Shown here one piece after another: positions 29,114 to 41,690 of a stretch of DNA of 64,000 nt (position 1 is its first letter; each line of letters opens with the position of its first letter). The stretch lies in assembly GCF_009914755.1 (NCBI RefSeq), contig NC_060926.1; one strand, 5' to 3'. The DNA comes from the human T2T-CHM13v2.0 reference genome, Homo sapiens. The notes below the pieces were generated by a model. The model saw nothing but the letters and a program-made list of their open reading frames with translations. It was not told where the DNA came from and did not search any database. A program made the position numbers and the translations under genes.

Positions 29114-32100
29114 TCAAAATTGTTCCTGCCAACGTGGGGAGATAGTGAAACAGTCTGACTCTAAAAACCAACCCCTGACCACATAGGTGGTTATACCAAT
29201 GCCCAAGAATCTTTCCTCTTGTTAGATATCGTATCACCCTGCCTATAGAATATATTCTCAATTGCAGTTTCTCTGTAAAAGATTAGCAAGATTATAGTCA
29301 TCTGTTCTCAGAAAAAGTAATTTGTGTCAGTCAGCTACAATTTTTTAAAATTACCCAACTGGGCAGCATTTCATGCTAAGAGTGAAGATAAACAAATATG
29401 CATAACAGGACAGCAAATTCTAAAAAAGAAAAATTGTCTAGGTGTAAACAACACTGAATTCTCTAGGGAGGAAATATTCTTAAAATTATCAATAACTCCA
29501 CAAAATAGAAGCAACAACCTTGGCTAGAATGAAAAGAAATGTATATTTGCTCAATCTCTGAATACCTCGGGCTCTAGGCCCTCTTAACCATCACCTTCCC
29601 GCAACAGCCACACCTGCAGGAAGGTAGGCAGTTGGTCAGGTCACACCTGCAAATGTCTGCTTCCAAAATCTGGCATCCGGATGTTCTCTCTCTTGCAACT
29701 GCATGAGACAGAAAATGTAATGCAAATAATGATGGATTATATGAAAATAATACAGAGGATGCTGTCAACATCGCTCACTGACTCATGTCAAAATATTTTA
29801 CCAGTAGCTTTCTAACCCATCATTTCTAAGCTACATCACTAATTTTAAAAACAAGAACTGTCCCACATCATGTCTCTTGCAAAAGAGTAAAAAAATGTTC
29901 TTAAGAGGTGCATAAACACGAATGACTTTGTGAAAAATAATTCCCAAACCTCAACAAATTCTATATCATCACTTGTAAGCCAATGAAAGTTCCTGACACG
30001 CATTATAAAAACCCCATATAATATCATAAGCCATTGTTTGTCTAACTCTCCACTGTGTCTTCTGCCTTTACCCCAAAAAAGGCAAGATTTGATTATCTCT
30101 GCTGCATCAGCCAAGACAGCAACACCAGCTGTTCTCATTGTGCAGCCTCTTCCTCGCGGCCTCCATGTTAATAACCTGATCATTCCATTTTCTCCTTCAA
30201 CTGCCGGCTGCAGCACCGCGAAGAGACAAAAACCCAGGCCCATCTGCAGCAGCTGTAGGCACTGAACTGTGAAGCCACCAGGGATTTATAAACTAATCTG
30301 TAACACAACACTGCCTTGTTTTTACAAGTGAGAGGCCACATTTGCGCAGACCTGATCTTTTCTTGCAATAAACTGGAAGCTTGGGAGAGTTAGAAGGTTA
30401 GGAAGAATGAAAACAAGGTATCTTATCATTTGCTTGGAAATCTTTTTCCAAGTATTTTCATAGATTTTTTTTCAACTCAATTGAAAGGCAGGTCATGGTT
30501 GATTTTCAAGGTGCAATGTATATAAAAAATGAAGACAATTTTTTTTATCCATACCAGAAAATAAATTATAGTTTTAAAAATCTAGTCCCCAAGTGTTTCC
30601 TCAAGGGTTTCTTTGCATAAAGTAAAAGAATTCTTGAAATGGAAAATAAACCATCTGTGGAAAAATAAGCTCCTACTTCTCTATCTTTTCATAGATCTGA
30701 ATAAGTCTCCAACTGAATTCTTTCAAATGTTTCAAACAGGTATGTTTAACATCTCCCAGGGGAGGCAAGAGCATGGAGACTAACCATTTAATGGAAAATA
30801 CAAACAAAAACCTGCATCTGTTAAAAGAAGAAGATCTGAGATACCCAGACCTTAAGGAAGACAGCACCTGCTGTTCTGCTTGAGGACTGAACTGCATTGT
30901 GGGAAGCCGCAGCTTGAAAGAAGACAGGTGACAGCTGAGTGGTATCTCCACTTATGACACTGGGAATGTCTCGCACAACATTCATTGCCGCATTTGATTT
31001 ATATGCGCTGTTATAATCTGCACTCATTACAATCACTTAGAACAACACTACAGGCCTCATTATGGACTGTGTGCTGTCTGCCATCAGTCTTTAAGAAGTG
31101 TAGTGCTCAATTTGCCCACTGACATGCAAGGTCTTGACCTTGAAGCTATTAGGGAGCAGATTAGACACAAGTGTGATCATGTGTGCAGACATAAGCAAAC
31201 CAAATTAATTTCTGGCACAGGGAGGTAGCCAACAAGACCCTGTTCTTAAGGCACCAGAGAACTTCCTCAAATCCCTGATGGAGCTGAGCTAATAGCATGT
31301 TTAAGGGAACCCGGTTTTGAAGATGAAGCACATTCATGGTATTTAGAGGGTTATTAATCTAGTTTCCCCACAAAGTTTTTGCTTGGCTGATCAGATTAAG
31401 GGATGGAGCCTTCAACAGCGCACCCCCACCACAGCAGGCCCCAAGAAATCTGTGATACTTCACAGCCTTGGACATATTGCACCATGTGTACCCAGCTGCC
31501 TCAGTAATTAGCTTATGAATGTATCAGCTGGTTCTGTGATTTTTATAAATAATAACCTACAGAGCAGAAAGATTGTCAAGAGCCTTATAGTAGCACAAAA
31601 TCGGAAGGTGATCCTAACTCTACCTTGCTCTTCTCCTAAAGGCCGTTATTCCCTCCTACAGGCGCTCCTGTGATGCCATATATAGGTATTTATTTTGTAT
31701 CTGAACTGGTAATGTATTTTTGTGTTAGTTTTCCTCATGGCAGCCATGATTTACCTTCCCCTCACTCTGGCTCGCTTGCTCATTCCATGTATTTGTAAGC
31801 CTATCTTCAGGAAATCTATTCTTCCACCTCACTTCCCATCTCATGCACCATCATTTTATTCATATCATCTTTTCACCAGCCCATTTGGGATGCTTATCTC
31901 TGTTTTCTCAATACGGTCTCTTATTAGCTTGTTTGCTGGCTAATGAATGTGTGAGAAAGTGCCACGCAGTTGCATGAACACACATGTATGTAATTGTGAG
32001 TGACCCCATCACAGAAGAGATAAAGGGTCCCCATATTGGGATTTTTTTTCATTTATATAATCTTTGCATGCCATCCAAGAAAGTTTTGCAGTATCAGGCA

Positions 32101-32559
32101 AAAAAAAAAAAGTGTAAATGTCAAATAAAACAGTGACAGATGACAGTATTCTCTATTGAATAGCACTGTTTCTGTCGTGCATGTTCAATGGGAACTCATG
32201 AATTATTAATAAACAAATCTCCTTTTTCTGTTAAAAATCTCAAGTAGGTTTTTGTTGTTTTCTCTGTGTTATGTGGAGCATTCCATGAGAATTATTTTCA
32301 TTTCAGAAATGCTGATACAGAAGTTCATCTGGTTTCCAGCCTTGGACAGCTCTGTGAGTGGGCACCATGAACTGTGGAGTATATGCTTCCCTGGGATTTC
32401 TCTCTTAGCCTGGTTTTAAGTTTTGACCAAAGGTTGGCTGTATATTCCTAGAGTCCATTTAGCTTTTACAGTCTGGTAAAACTAGGACTGAGTGAATTAT
32501 AACTGTTTGAGCATAGCTAGGAATGTAGAAGGTATCAAACCTGGATCTCTAAGACCTAA

Positions 32560-32710
32560 CTGCTAAGTTCCTGGTCTGTCATTAAATAACGGGGTGACCT
32601 TTGGGCAAATAGTTACCCTGTTCAAGCTCCTGGGTGCTTAACTGTAAAAGGACGGGTTAACAAAAGATGGTCTCTAAGTTCCTCTTTGGTTCTACATTCC
32701 ATGATCTGTT
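32560..32710 (+). mobile_element. MIR-family fragment
   Basis: gtgacctttgggcaaatagttacc...ctgtaaaa...atggtctctaagttcctct. Confidence 0.6.
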
Positions 32711-32775
32711 ACCTTGTTATCTGTCAGAAAAAGCAGATAGTGATAAACCATCAGGGTTAAAGGCACAAATAAAAA

Positions 32776-33337
32776 ATAACCTTGACAAAGTGGTCAAGGT
32801 CAAATAACTAGTGATGATATACTGACACCACGAATGCTCTGATATAATGTACTGCAAAGGTTACAACATCATGTCTGAGGTAGTCTTGCCCAAAATGCAT
32901 AACCTCAGTCGAAACATGAGAAAATATCAAACAAACCCAAACTGAGAAGTGTTCAACAAAATAACCAAAAATGGCAAGGTAATAGAAGAAAAGAAAAGAC
33001 TTAAGAACCGTCACAGACTGCAGAAGACTAAGGAGAATAATAATAACTAAATGCAATGTGGTTGCCGGCTACGATCCTGTCCCAGAAAATAGACATTAGT
33101 AGAAAAACAGGTGAAATTAGAATAAGGTTTTTGTTTAGTTAACAGTATAGAAACAATGTCACTTTCCTGGTTTTGATAATTGCCCTATCATCAATAATTG
33201 CCATATGGTGATATAAGGTGTCAACATTAGGGGAAGATAGGGGAGGGATATATAATACAGTGCAATGATCCCTTCCATACTAGTTTGGCAACATTTTTGT
33301 GAGTCTAAAATTAGTTCAAAATAAAAAGTTTTTTTTA
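32776..33337 (+). mobile_element. Old L1M (L1MC-like) 3' end
   Basis: aaaatgcataacctcagt...aactaaatgcaatgtg...gtctaaaattagttcaaaataaaaag. Confidence 0.75.
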
Positions 33338-33914
33338 GATACAGGAAATTCCTGGAACTTATAGAGAAAAATATACATGGAGCCTAAGTGTAATAATACC
33401 AACAGGTTCGCAATTAAAACTTTACCTTCAAAATCTGAATCCAGAGAAGGAATCTATTAATAAGTTCAAAGACTGCTTCCTTGCAATCAATGGTTAAAAG
33501 TTCCCAAGCATTAGGGTGCATAAGCAAATAATATTTATTCACATCTCATTTTAGCCATCTCATCAGCCTCTTAAACAAATATATTTCCCTCAGTAGAAAA
33601 AACAACTCTGACTGCCCTTCCAGCTATGCAGGTGAGATGACACTCCTACCAGTCAAGACATAGTTTGTTTACAATCCAAGTGTTCCTGAAAAGTTGCATA
33701 TCAATTTACATTTACAAAGCAAATCACATTGTAAATGTATTAGACATGCTTACTATTTGAAGAAATGTGCCATTAATTCTTTCTGGAAGATGAATAAAAA
33801 ATTCCTAGTTTATCTTTTATTAAGTTGATAGTTTCATTAATGAGTTGCATAAAGGAGAGAACCTCTAGTTCACAATTTAAGAACATTACTAGAGGCAACA
33901 ATAAAAAAACACCA

Positions 33915-34340
33915 TTTGCCTCCATTTTTCTTTCATGACCTTGTCTCCCACCAGTTCCCCTACTGACCTTGTGCTCCAGCCACTGTGAATTACTCACAGG
34001 TACACTCTCACCTTCATGCTTCTGCCATGTTACTCTCTTAGATGGAATGTCTCATACTCAACTTCTTTTCCCCATGAGAAGCTGTACTTCAAGGCTCAGC
34101 TGATGTGGTCTCATTTGTTTCTCACTCTTGCATAACCCTGAAGCATTTTGTTTATACTTTTTCACAACTTGATCATTATTATTTTTAGGGGTGGGTATGT
34201 CTGCATTCCCATCAGAACAGTTAGCTTCTTGATGGGAGTGGAGGGCAAGGGTTTGTTTCTTACTCATTTTACCATTTTCAGAGCAGAGTATGGTTTCTTG
34301 CACATAGTAGCTTCTCAATAAATAGTCATTAGATTGAACC
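33915..34340 (+). mobile_element. L2 3' fragment
   Basis: Ends gagggcaagggtttgtttctt...gcacatagtagcttctcaataaata. Confidence 0.7.
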
Positions 34341-37189
34341 AAAATTATTAGAGTACACAGAAATTAGCCTAGAGGAATGTTTTATGGACTCAAATTCAGA
34401 AAGTTATTGTTTGAGAGAAGCACCAATTCTCAGAAGCAACTTTGTCACTGTTCTAAGGTTTGTTTCCCTATCTCTAATGCATGAATACGATAGGGAAAAT
34501 GGTCCATTATATAAATTGCAAATAGTAATAGTAGTCTCTCAGGACATTGATTCTGTTAACAATTTTCTGTTGAGCACCCATCTCCTGCATGCCATGCAAT
34601 GAATGGGCTAGTACATTACATATATTATCTAATTGTCATTGTTACTTTTTACTTGAAAGGTTAATTGAGACTGCCAACAAGAAAGTGAGTAATTCTGACC
34701 ATGAAGCAGTTCAGGAAAAGTGTCATCATTGAGATTATGGCATGCAAGGTGAATCTTGGAAGATAAAGATAGATTTCACCAGGTGGGGAGAGGACTGAAA
34801 GTCTAGAAATGAAGGTAGGGCTCAGATTATAAAGAATGTCATGCAAAAAAACAATTTTTATCTTAATCTTATGGGCCCTAGGAGTCTTTGAGGGCTTTTT
34901 AACTGACATGATGAAGAATTAACTCGTCTTTCTTTTCATCTCTTTCCCCCACCTTCTTCCTTTTTAAGAAGAAGTTGTTGGGGAAAAGGCTATCATAAAG
35001 TCAAGAGCATGACTTATCCTAGACTAGATATCTTTTTTCATAGTGAACTTGTGTGGCTTGGTATTAACTGGGACCCACAATGGCCTGGTACTGGTAAAGT
35101 GCACACTTCATAAGTTCTACCCTCTAGGAGTGTTCATTCTAAAAAGACATGACATCTATCATAAAGAACCACACTATATCAATCATTTAAATAATCTGTT
35201 ATCATTTTAACCACTTTCTTTTCTCTCTCTGTGTGTATATATGCATGTATTTCTGTCGTTGCTGTTGTTAATATTAGAGTTTTTAAAGCTCTCTTCAATT
35301 GAAAATGAATGAGGTATGGCAATATCTATTTCACTTATAAAATATTTTAAAAGATTAAAATATTTCAAGTCCACAATAAATGAGTGACATATCCTCCAAA
35401 CCACATACCAAAGGCTGAGAATGTTCAAATGACCAGGGAGGCCTTTCACAAAACAATAATATGGCCCAGTGTTCAAGCTTGGAGCCTAACAGATAAGAGT
35501 TTGAATCTTGGCTGTAAATCTTACATGTCAAGTGATAAGGAGGGGAGGGGCACACCACAGATGAAAAGAGTGGGGTTCCTGTCCATGGTACTGAAATGCC
35601 ACTGCATACAAAGTGGCTTGCTTTCTCTTCCCCAGGACACTTGGTTTTGACCCCAACTTCTCACAGCCCCCATGTTTTTTCCTTAAAAAACATTGGTCTA
35701 GGTTTATGACTAATTTTCCAGTTTTTACAATATTTCAGAACAAATACAAACTAGAACTTGCTCAGCACTAAACACAAGTTCATAGCCTGCTCTGATCTCC
35801 CACAAGAGTTAATAACTTTACCCCTGTTGAATAAAGCTGTATATGCTCCTTGAAGGCAGGGCCTTGTCACAGTGATTATTCCCCTTGATATGACTAACAC
35901 AAAGCTAATGAGTTACTTCACCTACTAATTAGTAAGTAGCCCCCACTCCCTTTGCCCCTCTAGGAACTCTAATGAATGAATATCTCAGCAAATGAACAGT
36001 TCTTCAGGAGAATGACTCATAGATTCTTGCAGCAGAAATGCAAAAGGCCATTTACTCACCCACATCTTCAATACAGAAAATGTCAGCATATGTAACCAAA
36101 GGGAAATGTTTTCTGAGTATCTCAAAAGGAAACTCATATTATTAACCACAGACAGTTCGCTTTCTAAATGGAAGCACATAAAGTCCCCAAACAAACTTTT
36201 GTAACTGTGAAAGGATTTCTCTTCAGATGGTTGAGACTCTTCTGAAGTGTGAAATGAGCCAGATAATATTCAGCTCTTGTTTCTTCGTCACCGAATTCTC
36301 TTTTCATGAATCCAATAAGTGTCTATTAAAATAAATAAACCCCCTAATGACTCAAGATAACCTAATCAAGAAAACTGAAATGGATAAAAGCCTAACTACA
36401 AGGAAGCCTTGTCAAGGGCTTCAATGAATCCCTGACAAGGAGATTATCTAAACCTGAAAAAAGATTTGTGCTGGCTATTTGGTTAAAGTTCAAGGTTAAT
36501 TATTTTATACTTTAAATGTGGTAAGTACAGAAGATCTGCTTCTTTACTTTTCAAAATTGTATACTAAATTCTAAACTGTATTTTTACAGGGACCAATTTT
36601 TAGCTATGTCTGGGTTATCTTATGCATGTCACTGACATTTCTATGGATATGTCTGTAAAGATTGAGTCTGTAATTGAGAGTAATGAAAATTTTATTTCAG
36701 AACAGCCCTTTAAACCTCTGCTGGGCTCAAGTCAAGAGGGGATTACACAAAATTTTGTTGCCCTCCTTAGCATACACGGAATATGCATAGCTATTTAACA
36801 GTATGGAGATTTGGTACACCTTTACACATATAAATACGTACAAACACACATACATGCATACATGGGTACATGCACCTTAAAAAGCCATTTGTGTTTGTCA
36901 AAAAAGAAGAATGAATCTAGAATCCTGGACTTCTTCACTTCAACGGCAGAAAGATATTAACAGCAAAATGCACTAGGCTAAAATATCAAACTGAAAACAA
37001 TCAAAATGCTTCCAGCACCTCCCTTCAGGTCCAAATGCCAGCATACCTGTGACGTATCACTGTATATTGCAAACTTCCTCAAGAAGTTATCATAATGGGT
37101 GGGTGGCAGGGGTGGGGCGGTATGGGCAGGGTAGTGGTTGGGGAAACCAGACAGGGCAGACAACCAGGAGTAAAACTTTTTTTAAAGAT

Positions 37190-37321
37190 CAGGGTGGGAC
37201 TAGAATGAGGTGAACAAGCAACTAGGGCATGAAATGTAAACAGAATGGCTTGACAAGTGTGTGCTTTCTTACATCTTGCACCCCAGGCAGCTAGCTTGCC
37301 TTACCCTAGGTCTTGGCCCTG
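37190..37321. mobile_element. Small hAT-Tip100-type MITE (MER96/MER91-like)
   Basis: Imperfect TIRs cagggtgggactag...ctaggtcttggccctg. Confidence 0.5.
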
Positions 37322-40204
37322 TGAAAAGAAGATTAAATAGTCTCAACAGCAAAGTGGTAGCAACCATTCATAGATACCAACATTCTCCCACTGTAAGAAC
37401 CACAGTTTAACTCGATGTCCTCTTCCCCAACCAGCTGGGGAGAAATCAGAGAGGAAGCTTTAATATGGCAACCTAATTTACTTCAAAGACACATGCAAGT
37501 TTCCAAAGTTACCAAGTCAGGAACAGGCAAAATAATGAACTCAAAGGTTTCTGCAGAGGATAAAATGAACTTAAAATGAGTTTAAAACTAGTGATAAGTT
37601 AAAAGTATTTGACATTTTAAGAACTGCATATGTAGTCTGATTAATCTTCATTATCATCATTATTATTGATTGTCTAAGGACTCCTATAAAGACTAATTTT
37701 AAGGCATGAAACATTAACATAATTAATTGTGAGGGTGGTAAAAAGAACCCAATTCTTGATCATGAGGTTGATATTAAAACAGATCTTATGGGAATGTCTG
37801 AGGAGATTCCTTCACTAGAATCTGATTTCTTGAGATTATACCAAGAGAAAAAAGAGGGGAGACTGGAGGGCTCAACTTGACGCTCGCGCATCATATCACT
37901 ATGTTCACACCACTTAGTTTGGCATTTGGGAATCTGAGAAATTTCTTCACTAGGCATATAATATTTTTCAAATGGTATTTTTAGCGTACATATATTAAAC
38001 TTTTTTGAATTTGAATTTGGAACACCACCCCTAAATTTTAGTATATTTCGCCCAGTTGACAAGAGTGGAAACTGGTCCATGATAGGCTCTCAGAATGATT
38101 GTGTTCTGAAGAAAGCTACCTGGCAGCTACTCAGTCAAGGCTGTACACCTCATTTTTTCCTACCTTACATGTTGAATATAAATGGCAAAAGCAAAATCAT
38201 TAGCAGTGAGGCAGACCACCAACTCACTTTTACACAGGGTATCTTATGGCCTATAGTTTCTGTTAGTCTTTATACCAGAGAGCTCAGGTCAGCAACATGT
38301 CTACTTCCAGGGCCCTAAGTTATCCCAGCCCCAGTAAAGGCATCCTCAAAATGGAAACTTAATAATATAAGATCAACATTAAAGCACTTTTTGTGCAAAA
38401 TGGCAAAACTTTGATCTTTGTGCAACATTTTTTAAAGGCTAGGAAACTAAGTAATGAGACAAGATAATTTTTTATATTTTGTAAATTTACTCTCCTACAT
38501 AAAAAAGTTGTCCTAAAAAATTATAGTTTTAACTTGTCTCATAATTATGTGTTACACAGTTACGATATCAATTAGGACATAAACATACACATATACTCCC
38601 ATGCAAACATATACACATTGAAAGAAAAGATTCTAAAATATTAATACTAACTATGTCTGGGTCATGAAATCATGGGTGATCCATGTTTTCACTTTCATAT
38701 TCTTCGTCACTTTCTGAATTTTTTAAAATGAGGCTGTTAAATTACTTACGTAATCACAAAATATAAATTATTTCTTTAAAAAATGTATAAATATGTACCT
38801 GAGACATTTTAAGAAGAGATGCAAAAACAAAAATTAATTACTCTCTTTCCTTTATTTTTCTTTTATATAAAAAGAATCTTCCACAGAGACCTAGATGTTT
38901 TAAATTATTTAGCCTGTCAAGCAAATTAGACCACCTATAAGGAGAGATTTTAAGAAAAAAGCAATGTTCATAAAATCTGAGCTTGTAAACTACATCTAAA
39001 ACATAAGTACACTCTCACTTAGGAATACAATTTGTTAAGTAGTTGAGAACTTGAAACTTTTTTTTTTTTTTTGTAGAAACATAGTGCTAAGGCATAAAGG
39101 TCAGTACACAAAATCCACTTAATCCTAATGTACATGAAGCATAGAACATACTGAAACCCAATCACCATGTAGGTCATAGTTTCTATGGGGAAAATGATTT
39201 TAGAATTGTGTATTACAAGCCAGAAATCCATCTCTTTTAGCTACAATGGGATCACAATTATGCCTCCCATTCTAAAGTGTGTAGTAGGAAGAAAAACTCT
39301 CTCATTCCTGACTTTAGTGGCAGTTCCTGCAGCCAGTGGGCCTGCAAGGGCATAGGTAGCATGGAGGATTGGCAGAGGTCTTTAAACCTTTGTAAAGATG
39401 AGGACATCTTACTAATATCATCTCACCAGAGACCCCCCTGGTTCCCTGTTGGTTCCAAAATCACCCTTTTTCTTTTATCCCAGCAGGCTCTGGCACTACC
39501 CCCTTTCATTATCACCATCTGGGGTTTAAAACCAGGCCGTCTTTTTCCCCTTGTCTGTATGGAACAGAACAGGGTGTATCAGTTTCTCTCCACCTTCCTG
39601 ATACAAAAAGCAAGTCCACAGCCCTTCGGAAGTTTTTGTTCATTGGTTTATCTTTTTAATGGAGGGAAGGGAAAACAGAGATTAAAAATAAGCCCCTTTC
39701 CATTTCTCTCCCTACTCTATTTTTACCCAAACCTAGTAGGAAAAAACAATCACATATGTAGTGTTGAGTCTTCGGGTATACAAATAATAATAATAAATAA
39801 TAAAGATTAACTCTCCTCTCAAAGAAAAAAAAAAAGTCAGATGATCCTTAGCATTCTATGAGCTAACCTATCGTAGCCCATAAAAGGGAGAAGATAGCAG
39901 GATATGAGAAGAAAAAAACAATCAGTGTCTGGGAAATGGGGTAATTGATGTCAAGGGAGAGAAATGTGGCTGAGGATGTTGTCAAAGTACACAACCGTCC
40001 CCTGAGAGCCACAGAAGATGTGCCCACAGGTTACTATGTTTTCTCTCCTCTAGATTTCTACAACCCAGATCACGGGTGATTGGGTAAAATTGGGAAGAAA
40101 GGGGGAAAGCGGCCCTACAGAATCTGCAGAAGAGGGCCAGCAAGATTAGCAGAAGCTTTTGAGGAACAAGGCATTCCTGTGGCCACGCAGACAGAATGTG
40201 GGGC

Positions 40205-40223
40205 ATTCGCTCCCTGGTGGCCC
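40205..40223 (-). promoter_or_regulatory. Candidate CTCF motif
   Basis: Minus strand GGGCCACCAGGGAGCGAAT versus core GCCACCAGGGGGCGC. Confidence 0.5.
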
Positions 40224-41270
40224 TTTGTATGTGAGGGTCAGACTGGAGTTACACAGAAAACGCTCCATATGCCTTTACATTATGGCTTCTACTAAGAACC
40301 CCTAACTCCTAATTCACAGAGAATTACCACTGTCATTCTATTCCATGATCTGAGTATTCTGCAGACAGAAAAGGAAGGTAATCCTCAGAATTCACACACA
40401 GAAAATTATTTTAAAACACTAAACTGGTCCTAAATAGAAAATGAAGGAAAAGTACAAGGCGAAATGTGTATAAACATGTCTTTCCCTCTGGTCTTATCCT
40501 TCTTGGACTCCTTTCCCACGAAGAAAGGGGCAAGGGCCTGATAGAAGATACCTAATGGAAGTGGATGATGGACTGGCCTAGCAATCACCAAGGGACTAAC
40601 TAGAGCTGAGCTGCAGGAGGTGGTCTGGGACCCTACAAATGCATCCTCATGTAACCCATACACTAGGGAAACATATACACACACTTCCCAGTAATGGATT
40701 TTCACAATGAACCAGTTTGCCACCCTTTCAACTCCTTTTCTGAACCCCTATCCTTGCATTGTGCCTGGTTCCTACTTAAACACTTACAGCCCTCGAGGAC
40801 CCTCTTGGACCACCATTCCTACTCTCTCTAAAACTTTCCTCCCTCTTCCTATTCCCCATTCAAGGCTTCCCTAACACACAGGGCAGTGTTAGAAATTATT
40901 CTTAACAGCTGATTACAGCAATTAACACCAAGGAGTGTTAATGGAGGGGTCATATAAATTTCAAATGGAAGGAGAAGGTTGCTATGCATATTTGAACTCG
41001 GCCTTCAGGGATTCAAGGCAACTCCAGTTCACAAGACTACTTAATTGTTTCCCTAATTTCACCTTCAGGAGAAGGGAAAGCCCTTGCATTTGGCTCTTCA
41101 GTCACTGCAAGAACTTAAGATCCCTCCAAAGAAAAATAAAAGAAGGAGGGAAGAAAATGCAAGGGAAGAGAAAAATCTTTGTTCCTCTCCGTCCTCACAA
41201 TACAATGGAGTGGGTGTGGCCACTCCCCTCTGCAGCTTGAAAAGGTTAAGTTCTATGATTAGTCATGACT

Positions 41271-41690
41271 AAGAGAGATATATAAGTCTATAAGGTGTAT
41301 ATATATGACTAAGATATATATATCCATAAGGTGTATGTATGTGTATGCATATGTATAGACATATATATACACGTCTATGTATAGACATATATGTATGTAC
41401 ATATGTCTATGTATAGATATATATATATGTCTATACATAGACATATATATGTCTATATACACACACAGATCACCTTATGGATATATATATATCTCAGTCT
41501 CATATATACACCTTATAGATTTATATATGTATACACATACATGTATATATGTATATATACACATACACGTATATACACACATATACATATATACATATAT
41601 GTGTATATATATACACACATACACACACATGTACACACAGGTACACACACATAGATACACCTTATGGATAGCCACCAAATATATATGCCA
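41271..41690. repeat. TA/CA low-complexity array with internal inverted repeats
   Basis: Direct reading. Arms 41278-41333 and 41471-41528 are approximate reverse complements. Confidence 0.9.

Noticed and set aside
39277-39810. Longest ORF in the track (177 aa, plus strand)
   Set aside because: Non-ATG start, no recognisable domain, intron-like composition and no splice support. Consistent with chance.
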